NCBI GenBank assembly: GCA_964016885.1
Contig: OZ024756.1
Span: 37,014,001-37,078,000, forward strand
Source: Eledone cirrhosa
Taxonomy: Eukaryota
DNA length: 64,000 bases
Direction of reading: 5' to 3'
In this document: positions 13,360 to 30,244 of the stretch, in pieces
Numbering within the stretch: position 1 is the first letter of the stretch
Layout: the number at the start of each line of letters is the position of its first letter
Notes under the pieces: model-generated
What the model saw: the letters and a program-made list of their open reading frames with translations, nothing else
The model's database searches: none
Told to the model about the DNA's origin: nothing
Position numbers and translations under genes: made by a program

Positions 13360-13904
13360 ATTAACACTTAACATTTAATATTCTACCATACTATTTCATT
13401 TTAATACCATTATAAATTTTCCAAGATTGTAAATAAAACGAGTAAATCAGACAAAGTTGGAATTCCTTTTATTAATATAATTATATATATATACATATAT
13501 ACATACATATATATATATATATAATTTTATATATACATATATACATACATATATATATATAATTTTATATATACATATATACATATATACATATATATAT
13601 ATATTCATTAGTATATACGCGCAGACACGAAGCAAAAAACATAAACAACGATAGTTTAATAAAATAAAACAAAATATTAAGATAAACAAACAAAAACAAG
13701 AAATACACATAAAAAAACACAACAAATATAGAAATAAAAAAAAACCCTAAAATTTGTCAAAAGCTAACTTCCAAATTGTTATTATTCTTGTGAGACCGAA
13801 AACCTGGCTTTGATTTACCAATTCCAGCGGAAAATACATCAAATATTGCAATATGGTCGCCATATTGTTTAGCTTGGTTTAGTTGTTCGTGAATGTTTTT
13901 GTTG

Positions 13905-13942
<38 letters not shown>

Positions 13943-14195
13943 TTATACACACTCACACATACACATACACACACATACTCTCACTCACACACACACGCAC
14001 ACACACTCACACACACTCACACTCACACACACACTCACACTCACACTCACACACACACGCACACACACACACACTCACCTTCACAGACACACACTCACAT
14101 ACACATACTCACACTCACACTCACACATATATTTGACGTAGGTGTACATAGTTTCATAAATTGTACACATGTACACTCTCTCTCTCCCTTCTCTT

Positions 14196-14318
<123 letters not shown>

Positions 14319-14321
14319 AGT

Positions 14322-14459
14322 CCTGGGTTCAATCGGGGGGTAACCTAAGTAAGCAAAGTACTCAACGTACTCAGAACATTAGTACAGTCTAAACAGCAAA
14401 TTTAATTAATATAGAAATGGCTTCTACATGACTAGAACTGTTTCATTCGAAGGAAATCC
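14322..14459 (-). mobile_element. Diverged family A copy lacking CUGAUGA
   Basis: Minus strand GAATGAAACAGTTCTAGTCATGTAGAAGCC plus family A tail. Confidence 0.7.
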
Positions 14460-14648
14460 ATAATGTATATATATATATTGTTATACTTGGGGAGGGACAT
14501 ACTGTTATAATATTGCCAGAAATAATAACAGAACACACTGTTTGGTTGGTTTTCGCTTCTGTATCTTTTATATCTCCATAGTTAATTTATTTGGCAATCA
14601 ATGTTTATCATTGACTGACCAACGGTTAAAAATACAGATATAAATATT

Positions 14649-14688
<40 letters not shown>

Positions 14689-14805
14689 TATACATATAGT
14701 CCATCAAAGTTCTTTCGTTGCACATCTGCAACATCATCAGTGGTACTATTATGTTCCCTCCTATTGTATTGTATTGTATTGTAATGTCTACGCTATTTTT
14801 ATTTA

Positions 14806-14972
<167 letters not shown>

Positions 14973-14990
14973 AAAATATATATTATATAT

Positions 14991-15567
<577 letters not shown>

Positions 15568-16040
15568 CATATACATATATATATATTGCTACATAAAACA
15601 AGTCAAGTTACTTTAATGATAAGACCACACCAGCAGGGTGTTTAACAATTTTCAGTAACAGCTGATTAGACGGTGTAAAAATTTTATACAGACATGGATT
15701 TTATCGTCTCGTCTGTTCTGTTTATTTAGCAGGTTGCTATATCGCGGTCTGACCAATGCCCTGTGTGTTTCCTTCTATCAAGTTTCACACACAAGGGTTC
15801 TCTGATTACTGTTTAGTTACATCTCTTCCTCCCTCACTGCTGATCAAGCAGATCTGTGCTCAAAGATATTCAACCAGTGATGGTCACATGAACAGTCAAA
15901 TCTTTTCTTTATATTCCTCTCTCTCCTCCCCTCTCTCTCTCTGTCTGTCTGTCTGTCTGTCTGTCTCTGTTTTTCTGTCTGTCTTTCTGTCTCTCTCTTT
16001 GTTAGTCTCTCACTCTCATTTTCTCACATTCTCTCCTCAC

Positions 16041-16116
<76 letters not shown>

Positions 16117-16635
16117 CCTCACACACACACACACACACACACATTCTCTCTCTCTAACACACACACACACTCTGGAACGTGATGTGTTTCGCTAGGTTTA
16201 AATGTCCTGACGGTATCTCTACTAGTCAACCAGTCAACCAACACTTGTTAGGGACCCATTGATGTGTAGATAGCAAGGATATCGTTCTTAACACTACATT
16301 TCTAGGTTGTATATAAAAGTGAGTTTATATTCTAGAAATGACGTCGTCGACTGCCAGACAATTAATTTAATAAACTATTAATTAAGTGACAAATTTCCTT
16401 AATTAAATCTCGGTTCAAAATGTTAATACGTGACTGATTAGTTAAGTAAGTGTTTAGAAAATAATTAGAAATATTATACAGTGTGTCAATCTATACATAC
16501 ATTCATACATACGTCTGTATGTATGTATGTATGTATGTATGTATGTATGTATGTATGTATGTATGTATGTATGTATGTATGTATGTATGTGTGCATGTAT
16601 GTATAAATATGTGTACGTGTTTCTCTCTCTCCATT

Positions 16636-16766
<131 letters not shown>

Positions 16767-17188
16767 ACATGCGTGTGTTCGTGCATTTCTGATTATATGA
16801 GGCTTAGGGATGCCAAACTTAAAACCTGGTATACACACCACATATATACCTTTAGCTTCAGAAACAAAATCGAGTAAAGAGATTTGACTCAATGTATCTG
16901 GAAACTCAAAGCCTCTAATAAAATACAATAGTGCTAGATGCTAGAAAAGGTGAACCATGCGTAAATGCGCCTGCAACCTCTTCATGTGGAGAAAGTCTTA
17001 GAGATGGAAATGTCCGCATTCTGTATGGCAGCATAGAGGAATCATACGCACACACACTCGTCTCTCTCTCCCTATCCCCCCTCACACACACACATACATA
17101 CATTGCATTTAAGCCCGACGGCCAAGCTTAAACTGTTTCAAGTACTAAAATTGAATAAGGGTCTTACTTGTCATTTAACTAGTAAAAT

Positions 17189-17233
<45 letters not shown>

Positions 17234-17308
17234 ATACATATATATACATATATACATATATATATATATTATATATATATATATACACACATATATATAT
17301 ATACACAC

Positions 17309-17340
<32 letters not shown>

Positions 17341-17384
17341 ATATATATATATAAATATATATATATATAAATATATATACATAT

Positions 17385-17539
<155 letters not shown>

Positions 17540-17616
17540 ATATATATATATATATGTGTGTATATATATATATAATATATATATATATATGTATATATGT
17601 ATATATATATATGTAT

Positions 17617-17675
<59 letters not shown>

Positions 17676-18238
17676 CATATACATACATATATACTTACCC
17701 CCCCCCCCCCCCCCACACACACACGTATACACACATATATATACATGGGCGTATGTGTGAGTGTGTAGTAGTACGAAGATGTAGGTATATTTATGAAGTT
17801 TTCCTTTCAAAAGTCTGAATGATGTATGATGTATGACATGGGCGAAAGGTCACAGTAGTTTCTATAATTATTCTTTCCCTTTACAAGCAGCAGAGAGAAG
17901 ACACGTGTGTCAATAAAACAGATAATAGTTATGTCCCCCTATATATACGTAATACATCATCTCCCCCTCCCCCTTCTCTTCTCTTCCTTCTCTCCTTGCT
18001 TTTATAGTGAATTAGGTTTTCAGCTGAGTTCAGTTATGTTTCATATCTACCGGTGCAAAACTAATGTATACCAGTGTCTCTCCTTTCTTTCTTTCTTTCT
18101 TTCCATTTTCCTTTCCCTCTTTCTTTCTTTCATCCTCTTTCAATATATACATATATGTAAAACACACACACATATACAAATATATATATATACATACATA
18201 TACATATATATATATATACACATATATAGCTAGATATA

Positions 18239-18315
<77 letters not shown>

Positions 18316-18450
18316 ATTAAGGCGGTCATAGAATGTGTGACGAAAGAACTTTGACAAACGAATGAATAACGAGCAAAAGATAAAGCTGGAGTGAAAATCA
18401 CATGATGCGTGTGTTTCTTTTTATTGGCAATATGACCATTTCCAAAGATG

Positions 18451-18498
<48 letters not shown>

Positions 18499-18935
18499 TA
18501 TATATATATATATATATTATAAAGAGTCGGGATCCCGACGACTGAACTCTTGCCTTTTTCAACAGACAGTACTCTGTTGAGTAATGGTCTAACCAGTTTC
18601 AAACTGAAACCAACCTGATATATATATATATATATATGTGTGTGTATATGCATTTTTTCTTCTAACTTTAATTTTATACCTAATTGTGTATGGTTGACGA
18701 TATATTTAATCGATTTCCACGTGCTATTGAAATGATGGGTAAATATTCTATAGCTGTTGATCGCTAATAAATGACTATCGTTTATTTATCTATTATTTCT
18801 TCACAGGTGCCTTTTAATCTTATAGCCTGGTTTAATTGGTTTTTTGTGTGGTTGATTATGCTAATTGGGAGAGGAAATTGAGTATATATCTTATCAAATG
18901 ATTCTAAGGACATAATTTATAGTATATATATATAT

Positions 18936-18998
18936 CTGATGATTTCTAAAGAATGAAACAGTTCTAGTCCTGTAGAATCTCATCTATATTAAAACTAT
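18936..18998 (+). mobile_element. Family A HHR copy starting exactly at CTGATGA (5' strand of helix I lost)
   Basis: Identical to 1218-1280, preceded by (TA)n. Confidence 0.8.
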
Positions 18999-19013
18999 AT
19001 TTTTGAAACGAAA

Positions 19014-19227
19014 CGATCGACTTTCGTCAAATCGGACCGAGGGAACAATGTTTCCGTTGGTCTTTCCAATTGCTAATACTATCTATCGGTCGCAACTCCA
19101 GATAGAAGGAGCAACGTGAAATAAAGTGTCTTGCTCAAAGACATAACGCATCGCCTGGTCCAGGAATCGAACTCACAACCTTACGATTGCGAATCCAATT
19201 CTCTAACCACTCAGCCCACGCCTTCAC
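19014..19227 (-). mobile_element. SINE S2
   Basis: Reverse-complement match to 12339-12555. Confidence 0.8.
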
Positions 19228-19248
19228 TAAAACTATATATATATATAT

Positions 19249-19401
19249 ATAACGAAGGAAATGTGGTAAGGAACCAGGTGGACCATAACGCACCATAGTA
19301 CTCAATACTTTGGCTAGTAGAGTGGGTAATAAGGAAAGAGTCAAGACCCCGACGGCTGAGCTCCGGCCGTTTCGACAGCTAGGTGGTCCTGACTCTTTTC
19401 C

Positions 19402-19402
<1 letters not shown>
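19249..19402 (-). mobile_element. Family B element (3' half of HHR plus tail, short inverted end)
   Basis: Minus strand GTCGAAACGGC cggagctca GCCGTC^GGGGTC...TATTGAGTAC...CCTTCGTTAT; (TA)n both sides. Confidence 0.75.
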
Positions 19403-19433
<31 letters not shown>

Positions 19434-20093
19434 GTTCCCCCCAAAAATCTATACACACTTTTATTAGAGTGCTGTTGGTGTGTGTATACATTTTTGGGGA
19501 CAGCCTGTATGTATATATATATATATATATAATCTAAAAAGAAAATATTACCTCGTCCCTACCAAAAGAAATATATTTATTTTTCTCTCGCCATGAAGAT
19601 GTGTGGGTGGGGAGAAATAGAGGGTGGGGAGAAGGATGAGGTAGGTGTTGGATGGGAAGGGTGGGGAAGGGCATGAAACCTGCAACATCCCTCATCGTCT
19701 TTCAAGCCACCGTCTCTACCCCCACCCACCCTCACTCTGCAACCCACCTCCATTCCTCTCTCTATCAACCCAACCATTCTAGGCCTGTCCCTCCTCCCCT
19801 ACCTCCTACACTGGCCAACCTTAGTCGAATGTCATCCGAGTACAGAACTCAGGAGTAATACCCACCACCACCACCGCCGCCACCACCACCTACATCACCA
19901 TCACCACCGCACACCACCACCACCACCACCACCGCCGCCACCACCACCTACATCACCATCACCACCGCACACCACCACCACCGCCACCACCACCACCACC
20001 ACCACCACCACCGCCGCCGCCGCCACCGCCACTTACATAACCATCACCCCTCCCCCCTTTCCCGCCGCCGCCACCACCACTTACATATCTGTA

Positions 20094-20156
20094 GTGGCTT
20101 ATTCCAAACCCTCGTATTATTCCAAGAGAGAGAACGGAGAAGAGAAGTGAGGTGTA

Positions 20157-20213
<57 letters not shown>

Positions 20214-20336
20214 TATCTATATATATATATATATATATAAGAAACAAAATGTTAGTTTATACATAAACACTACACCTCACTTCTTCTCTTCTCCGTTCTC
20301 TCTCCTGGAATAATACGAGGGTTTGGAATAAGCCAC
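20094..20336. repeat. About 65-bp inverted repeat around (TA)n
   Basis: GTGGCTTATTCCAAACCCTCGTATTATTCCA...GGTGTAGT at 20094-20158 is inverted at 20269-20336. Confidence 0.9.
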
Positions 20337-20802
20337 TTTATTTCACGTTGCTCCAGTCCCTCGGCTACCAAGATTGAGTTGCGCATTCACCGAGAATTAT
20401 GTTAAGGTTATATACACTTGCTCAACATTAAGCCTACTCAATCTTGTTATCCGTTTCTCTCCGATTTTTTATCCATCAGCTCAGCTAAATATGTTTTATT
20501 GAAAAAAATTACAAAAAAAAATCATAAACAAATCTATTTTAAATAACAACACTACAGTTATTTAAAAACGGAAAATGAAGGCAAGACAAGATTTCTAGGG
20601 CCACAAAAGAATAGGAAGAGAAAGAAAGAAGGTGGTGGGCTCTAGGGCTAGGACGCAGTTGTGTTGGGGATGCGTGGAAATCTCAACCATTTGCAAGTAA
20701 CATTTACCAGAAAAGGTTGTTCAGTTATTCTAACAACTGGATCAAACAACACCAGAACAACTTCAGCGGTTCAGTTCACTGAAGCTTAATCTATAATATA
20801 AC

Positions 20803-21149
20803 GTTGACCGCAACCTGGTGCAGTCTGTGACTAACCCAGGTTCTACTGCACGTCGGGCTGAGGAGGCCAAACTCTCCAAGTACCGATCGCTCTCCGACAG
20901 GTTCGCGGTCGTGCCCTTGGCAGGTGAAGACTACTGGTGTCCTTGGCCCTAGGGCTACCCCTCTATTCACCACCATAGGCGCTGAGCTAGCCAGCCGCAG
21001 GTGTAAGCCTCGCGAGTTGGAATGGATCTTCCAGCGCGTCTCCCTTACCATCCTCCGGGGAAACGCCTTCTCCATCCTGTCCGCCGGGGCTGTGGGGAGG
21101 CCAGCACGTGGGACCCCATTTGCTCACCATACGGATTAATAGGCAAAGT
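20803..21149 (+). mobile_element. 5'-truncated CRE-clade-like non-LTR retrotransposon, C-terminal RLE endonuclease fragment (frameshifted)
   Basis: Translates to PGSTARRAEEAKLSKYRSLSDRFAVVPLA/ KTTGVLGP...IFQRVSLTILRGNAFSIL, matching the AE..K..KY / P.A.ET.G / QR.S....RGNA motifs. Confidence 0.8.
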
Positions 21150-21181
21150 CGATATTATTATAAAGCAAATCGTTACTTTAA

Positions 21182-21234
<53 letters not shown>

Positions 21235-21472
21235 CGTTGAATACGTAAACCTTTAGACCGGAAGTCAAGAATCACAGTCGACTGAAGTGCCCTCTATGTT
21301 ATAAGTTGTAACATTGGAAACAAAGTAATGTGGATGAGTACCTATTATAAAAGCCGTTATTTATCACAGCAGGACAAGTTATAGTAGGGTGTTGGTGGTG
21401 TTGGTTAATAAGTATGTGTGTGTGTATATATATATATATATGTGTGTGTGTGAGCAATTATGCATACACACG

Positions 21473-21563
<91 letters not shown>

Positions 21564-21767
21564 TTCAGCGTAGTAGATATAGAGAGGGGGAGAGTTTGGT
21601 TTTACTTGATATAGAGAGGAGGATTAAAAGAGAGTTCCGTGTAATAGATATAGAGAGAGGGGGTGGGGTGTTTGGTGGTAATTGTTATAGAGAGGGGGAT
21701 TGGAAGAGAGTACCGTATAGTAGATATAGAGAGGGGAAGAGTGCTGCATGTAAATATATATATATAC

Positions 21768-21837
<70 letters not shown>

Positions 21838-21861
21838 TTATATATATATATATATATATAG

Positions 21862-21933
<72 letters not shown>

Positions 21934-21942
21934 GTTTATATA

Positions 21943-22037
<95 letters not shown>

Positions 22038-22080
22038 GAGAGTATTGAACGACTTAAAGATATATATATACACACACACA

Positions 22081-22266
<186 letters not shown>

Positions 22267-22365
22267 CATACACCAGTCTGTTTCTACTTTCCTTATCCAG
22301 TAATTCTCAACGAAAAGATAAAAGACCGGAATTTTGTCTTTAAATTGGTAATAATCTCAATTGTT

Positions 22366-22377
22366 TTACTACTACTA

Positions 22378-22444
<67 letters not shown>

Positions 22445-22483
22445 CATTACTACTACTACTGTTACTACTACTACTACTACTGT

Positions 22484-22534
<51 letters not shown>

Positions 22535-22552
22535 CATTACTACTACTACTGT

Positions 22553-22613
<61 letters not shown>
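22366..22613. repeat. (CTA)n microsatellite with duplicated CCA interruption
   Basis: Direct reading. Confidence 0.95.
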
Positions 22614-22792
22614 GTGTGAATCTGGAGTGCGTGGGCGTTAGTTTGTGTCAATATATTTTATACTCGGAAACCTGTTGAAATCTGTAAATCCAAGCTGTTA
22701 AACAGGAGATCTGGGAACCAACGGTAACATATCACACCTGTAATAAATGCTACCACACCTGTAATACACACTATCGCATCTTTAATCCACAC

Positions 22793-23129
22793 GGTATGGT
22801 ATGGTATGGTATGGTATAATGTAGTCTGGTATGGTATAGTATGGTATGGTATAATGTGGTATGGTATGGTATAGTATTGTATGGTATGGTATGGTATAGT
22901 ATGGTATAGTATGGTATAGTATGGTATAGTATGGTATGGTATAGTATGGTATGGTATGGTATAGTATGGCATAGTATGGTATAGTATGGTATAGTATGGT
23001 ATGGTACTGTATAGTATAGTATGGTATAGTATAGTATGGTATAGTATGGTATGGTATAGTATGGTATGGTATAGTATGGTATAGTATGGTATAGTATGGT
23101 ATAGTATGGTATAGTATGGTATGGTATGG
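22793..23129. repeat. Pentanucleotide satellite (TATGG/TATAG)n
   Basis: About 65 units of GTATG/GTATA. Confidence 0.95.
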
Positions 23130-23252
23130 ACTCCTGAGAGAGTCGTAGGGACGCCATATTGACATACGGCGTTTCTAGGGCATTTATTTTTCAAAACCTG
23201 GCGGAGACCATCTCCTCTCCAGGTCTGAACACAACAGATTTCTTCCAGAGAA

Positions 23253-23331
<79 letters not shown>

Positions 23332-23919
23332 ATGGAAGTGAGAGAGAGATATAGAGGAAGAATCAACCACGACCACCACCATCACCACCACCGCGACCAC
23401 CACCACCATCAACACAACCAGGACCGCTGCGACCACCGCCACTGCCACCACTCCCACCACCATTACCATCACCATCACCACCATCTCCACCACCACTACC
23501 ATCACCGCCAACATCACCACCACAATCACCTCCACATCCACCACCACGATCACCCCCCCCCCAATAACAACAACAACACCACCACCATCACCATCCAAGC
23601 ACAACAACACCGCCACCACCATCACCAACAACAACAACAAATCCTTACCACACTACACCACACCACATCACACCACACTACACCACCCCACGTCAGACAA
23701 GTCGTATCAAAAGAACAAACGACTCCCTTTGTATTTTCCTATCAGATCTCCCCATCATAAAATAACAACAACAAGAACGACAACAAGAATTAAAACACGT
23801 ATGTTTTTCTATTATATTGATGTGTATTTGTCGACAGGTCTGGCTTTTATTGTAAATAAACAAGACATTTCAATCCTATTAAACACACACCAATTAGTAC
23901 CCCTAAACATATACAACTA

Positions 23920-24081
23920 AAATAGAAGTCTCCGTCGTATTTTTGACTGAAGAAATTTTAGCTTGATAGTGGGGTTTAGAACCCTTTAAGAAATAGAAAA
24001 AGATGAATATTGACGTACATGGGAGTTGAACCCACAAGTTTGGTTATCCAGACCACTGTATTACCATTGCACCAACACATC
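23920..24081 (-). mobile_element. tRNA-headed SINE, family S3
   Basis: The tRNA-like head runs directly into a body (ATTTCTTAAAGGGTTCTAAACCCCACTATCA) repeated at 24378, 24491 and 58334. Confidence 0.65.
24011..24081 (-). pseudogene. tRNA-like cloverleaf (SINE head or pseudo-tRNA, nominal anticodon GGA)
   Basis: GATGTGT/GTACGTC acceptor with G-U pairs, TGGT-CTGGATA-ACCA anticodon arm, GTGGG-TTCAACT-CCCAT T arm, weak D stem. Confidence 0.6.
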
Positions 24082-24132
24082 ACCCATCCATCTCCTTCCA
24101 TTCAAATTATAAGCTACATTCTGAGCAAGTAT

Positions 24133-24320
24133 AATTTTTTCTACTTTTGGCACAAGGCCAGCTTTATCCCAGTGCATTACTGGTACTTTATTTTATCGAC
24201 CCCGTAAGGACGAAAGGCAAAGTTAACCTCGACGGGATTTGAACTCAAACCGTAAAGGGACGTAACTATGCTGGAAAGCATGGCGTCCGACCCTCTACTG
24301 ATACTGCCAATTCACTGCTT
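24133..24320 (-). mobile_element. SINE S1
   Basis: Reverse-complement match to 1785-1978. Confidence 0.8.
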
Positions 24321-25227
24321 CTGGGCAAGTATAATGACAAGTAAGTATGTTTTCGAAACAGCGAGTGAGTTTGAATATACGTCAATACTCATTTCTTAGA
24401 GGGTTCTAAACCCCACTATCAGGCTAAATTTCTTTAGTCATGTGGTTTACAACCCTCTAAGAAATTGAAAAGGATTAATATTCACGTACATGTACGTCAA
24501 TACTCGTCTTTTACCATTTCTTGGAGGGTTCTAAACCCCGCTATCAAGCTTTTGTTAAAATACGGTGAAAGCCTCTATTTCTAATTTAAAACTCGCTCGC
24601 TGTTTCTAAACAAACTTACTTGTCATATACGATTAATGTTTATGTGTATTGGATTTTGTTTTCGTTAGTCAGAATACAACAAAGACGTTGGAATGGCTAT
24701 TTCAATTTTCAATGGGTCTCCCTTGCTATTCTCTCTGGTAAACTCTTTCGGTTTTTGGCCTGCTTGTGTCTGCTAGGACCATGGGGCAACATGCATTTGG
24801 GGTTCTGGCCGTCCTCGAACATTCTCTTACAATCTCTAGGCATATATCATTGTGGTAGAGATAGTGCTGGTCTGTGTATGTAGACAATAATAAATTCTTG
24901 AGACCCGAACAAAAAAATATACAAAAATGAGGGCAAGAAATTTAAGGCTGGTGAGTCCATTGGTTCAACGGAACGAGTTTTGATGAAGGGCGATCAAATA
25001 TGAGGTTTGTGCTGGTCTTTGGTGTATGAGAATAGGGGAGGGATTGATGGTGCGTGTATGTATTGAGTTAGTATGTATGAATGAATGAATGTAAGTATGT
25101 ATATATATATATACATATATATATACATATATATATATATACATATATACATATATATATACATATATATATACATATATATATACATATATATATACAT
25201 ATATATGTATGTATATGTATATATATA

Positions 25228-25258
<31 letters not shown>

Positions 25259-25466
25259 ATATATATAGAAAGATTTGAATGGATACAGTTTAGTTGAAAG
25301 GAATTTATTGACACGTGTTTCTATAACAGTTACATAACCTAAAACAGCTATCTACAAACTTTTAGTTATGCAGACATATATATATATATATATACATATA
25401 TACATTTAGTTATGCAGACATATATATATATATATACATATATACATATATATATACATATATATG

Positions 25467-25581
<115 letters not shown>

Positions 25582-25662
25582 GTATATATATGTATGTATA
25601 TAAATATATATACATATATATATATATGTATATACATATATATATACATATATATCTATCTA

Positions 25663-25759
<97 letters not shown>

Positions 25760-25885
25760 GTATGTATATACTGTATATAGTCTACACAGTATAATGTGGT
25801 CTGAAGAAGCGGTGTAAAACATGTTAAGACAATGTCGTAAGTGAATTATATCTGTAACTAAGTTATCTCCAATTTAGTAAACCAA

Positions 25886-25976
<91 letters not shown>

Positions 25977-26083
25977 GCAGAAGGTACAGTAAGTCCGTAG
26001 AAAACTGGTGAGAGTACCAATGTCAGAGTACCACTGCTAGAGCAGGGTGTATATAATAAGAACAAAGAAAGGTGTTATATTAA

Positions 26084-26127
<44 letters not shown>

Positions 26128-26529
26128 TCCATTGAATTAAGAATTGGTGGTGGTGGTGGTGGCAGTGGTGGTGTTGGTGGTTGTGGTGGTGGAAGTATCT
26201 ATGATAGTGCTGGTGATGGTGGTGTTTGTGGTGATTATGATAGTGGTAGTGATGCTGGTGGTGGTGGTGGTGGTAGTGATGCTGGTGGTGGTGGTGGTGG
26301 TAGTGATGCTGGTGGTGGTGGTGGTGGTGGTGGTAGTGATGCTGGTGGTGGTGGTGGTGGTAGTGATGCTGGTGGTGGTGGTGTCTAAGATAGTGCTGGT
26401 GATGGTGATGGTAAGTAAACACTAAATATAAACCATATGTGGAATGTGTCCCATTTCTTGAGGTTAAAAAAATCTTCATAGAACTGGTGTCACTTTCAAA
26501 AGATACTTCCACTGTCTATATATATATAT

Positions 26530-26736
<207 letters not shown>

Positions 26737-26821
26737 CATATATATATATGTAAATATATATATACATATATATATATATACATATATATATATGTAAATA
26801 TATATATACATATATATATAC

Positions 26822-26866
<45 letters not shown>

Positions 26867-27179
26867 TATATATATATACATATCTGTAGATTCCCGAGTT
26901 TGTGTCGGTTGGGTAACCACAGTTAAAAAAAGGTACTCAATACATGTCTATATGTTGGACCTCCGTGGGTACCTACTATGGGTGTTCCAGTTGTTTGATC
27001 AACGGAACAGAATTTTCGAGAAACTTCCAGAGTCAGAGATATGGAGTTCGCCTTTTTCTGAGTTCCATCCAACTGCGCGGTTGCTTGGCGGTTGCTTGGC
27101 CAAGCAATTTCTACTAAAGTCCCGCCTTTTGAGTGGATTTTGTTGCACGGAATCTGCAAAAGCCTCTTGTATATGTGTG

Positions 27180-27231
<52 letters not shown>

Positions 27232-27430
27232 CGCGCGCGTGTGTGTAGTGTGTGTGTGTGTGTATATGTATATATATATGTTTACACCGTTGGAGACGGT
27301 TGCTTCTGACAGGACCCGTTGGAAGAAGTGGTTCAGGACTCTGCCCCCATGACCCTCTCAGAGATAAGTGGGTGAAGAAGAAGAAGAAGATATATACATG
27401 TATATATATATACATGTATATATATACATG

Positions 27431-27477
<47 letters not shown>

Positions 27478-27532
27478 GTATGTATATGTATATACATATA
27501 TTTGTATATACATACATATATATATATATATT

Positions 27533-27618
<86 letters not shown>

Positions 27619-27955
27619 CATACACGCACATAAAACATAGGTCTCTAAGTGTCACTCTGTACCACAGAACCAGACTCCACTCCACTCAAACAGTACAAAA
27701 AATGTCTGCAACCAATATTTTTCTCTCTTTTTTTTAATGTTTTTTTTTTGTACGTCCTTTATTATCATTGCTGCTGCTGTTGTTGTTGCTTCGTTTCCTT
27801 TTGTTCTGTCCCCTTTTTTTGAAGGTTAACCAGATCACATGGAGTATTTCTAGGGATCTAGCTAAATGCCACAACCCACCTTTTTTTATTTTATTTCAAA
27901 CCATATGTTCTTATATTCTTGTGTTCTTATGTTAAAGAAATTGAAGCGTCCTACG

Positions 27956-27986
<31 letters not shown>

Positions 27987-28010
27987 CTTCTTCTTCTTCT
28001 TCTTCTTCTT

Positions 28011-28043
<33 letters not shown>

Positions 28044-29063
28044 CGCAATTTTATTTATTTTCATTCAACTCTTTCTTACATTTCATTCATTCCTTCTTTC
28101 TTTCTTTTTTTCTTCCTTCCTTTCTTTCTTTCCTTTTCTTCTTTCTTTGTTCTTTTTTCTTTCTCAATTTCTTTCGTTCTTCTTTTATCGCCCTCTCTCT
28201 GTCTCTCTCTCTCTCTTATTTCTCTCTTTCACAGGCACACATACATATACACACACACAGAGACAGACACAGACACACACACACACACACATGTATATAT
28301 TAAATATTAAAGAAAAGACGATTTTTTTTTACATTTTACATTTCTGTTTATTGTTTTACATCAAACCTATTATATACATTTCAAAGGCATTCAAATATGT
28401 ATAATAGGTGTGACATAAGACAACAAACAGGTGTAAAACCGTCCCTACTTCTTACTCAATAACGATACTCCGTTAGAAACTTTATACTGCAGTTTCTGGC
28501 TCCCATATTCCACTCACAAATCCTGTTAAAATCCTGACTACACTATAGGTTTTGTGACACTCGTATTCAATAAATGGTTGGTTGTTGTTTCTAGCATTTT
28601 TGTTAAGACAGTAGAGTTGTGGGATTAGGAATATGTTTGACACTGACATTCTCAGCAACAACAATAATACCACCACTGCCACACCATACATCACCACCAC
28701 CACCACCATCACACACATCCACCACCACCATTGCCACACAACCACCATCACACCACCACCACCACCACACTATCACAACCACCACCACCATCACCACACC
28801 AACACCACCACCACTACCATCACACTACCACCACCACCACCACCATCACCACCACCACCACCATCACCACACCAACACCACCACCACCAACACCACCACT
28901 ACCATCACACTACCACCACCACCACCACCACCATCACTCCACCCCTATCGTCTGCTCCAAGGCGCCTGTCTTCCGTCCTATCAACACCTATCTGTCCATC
29001 AATGTTCACTCGCATTTAACAACAAACCTGTCAACTCTCACACGTGATCTACTACTCCGTCAC

Positions 29064-29138
<75 letters not shown>

Positions 29139-29560
29139 TGCCCCTCGTTATCGAGTATGGCCATTGCACGATATAACATTATCAATTAATTCTATCGTGC
29201 AATGCCTGTGCATGAAGATATTTTTTAAAGTGAGGAAAGACTGTGCACTGAGCCAATCCCACTCTCTGAGCTATGCACTGAGCCAATCCCACTATCTAAC
29301 CGACAGTAGCTATAACCTGAAAAGAAGAAAAGATCAACATCATCGGTTACTACCGAGCCGCAGGTTTTATATCGGTTTTATATATAGAAGTAGTTCCACA
29401 GAATATCCGCATAAGGTGAAACATTTGTTCTCGGTATGGTGAACTAACTGTTGTGAAACTACTTCTACCTAACTCGACCCATGGACTGAGTGCTCTACCA
29501 CTACGGATATAACCTACCAGTGATCTACTACTATTATTAATATATATATATATATATAAT

Positions 29561-29776
29561 TGGTTGTTTTGGAAGCCTCAACAATGCAGATGGGTAAATC
29601 TCCGGGTAACAGAATCAGGTGGTAATGAGAGAGATGTAAGAGGAAATGTAGAAAGAGACGTAGAGGGTGTAGAGGAAAGTAGGAGAAAACGTAAATATAA
29701 TAACACGAGATAGAGTTACCTTGGAAGTGATTTAACTGTCCCTATATTTCGGATTTCGCATCCATCAACTGGGGGT
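29561..29776 (-). mobile_element. Family C dispersed repeat with variant HHR-like motif (29740-29774)
   Basis: Homologous to 58624-58862; minus strand CCC-CAGTTGA-T-GGAT gcgaa ATCC-GAAATATA^GGG. Confidence 0.6.
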
Positions 29777-29839
29777 TTTCCGAGGGGGAAGTTTTTAGTC
29801 GGAGAGGGACAACACGTGGCCTCTGTTGTCTATCAGAGA

Positions 29840-29905
<66 letters not shown>

Positions 29906-30244
29906 GTGAGTGAGAGATACAGAAGCAAAATATACCCCAGTACTGGACAGGCAGATATTTTTTATCGACCTCGAAAAGATGAAAGACGAAATTGCCCCCG
30001 AATCGGTGGGTTTTTGAACCTTAAAGAGGTGGAAAATATACCGGAAAGCATTCTATCCGACGTCCTAACGACTCAGCAAATTCTCCACAAGTAATATGTC
30101 TCCATATATAGCCATTCATTAATAAATGACGCCACCCCGACACATCCTTTTCTTTATACATTTCGCGTCTTTCCTGGCAGCTTTTGGTCAGGATTTACTA
30201 GTTTCCACCCCCAAAACACCTAACCTAAGTCTGCCTTAGGCCGG

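Noticed and set aside
25795-25832. Hammerhead (CTGAAGA...AAAACATGTT)
   Set aside because: GAAA broken and no helix I or II pairing. Similar half-motifs at 25305, 29210 and 59670 were also not called.
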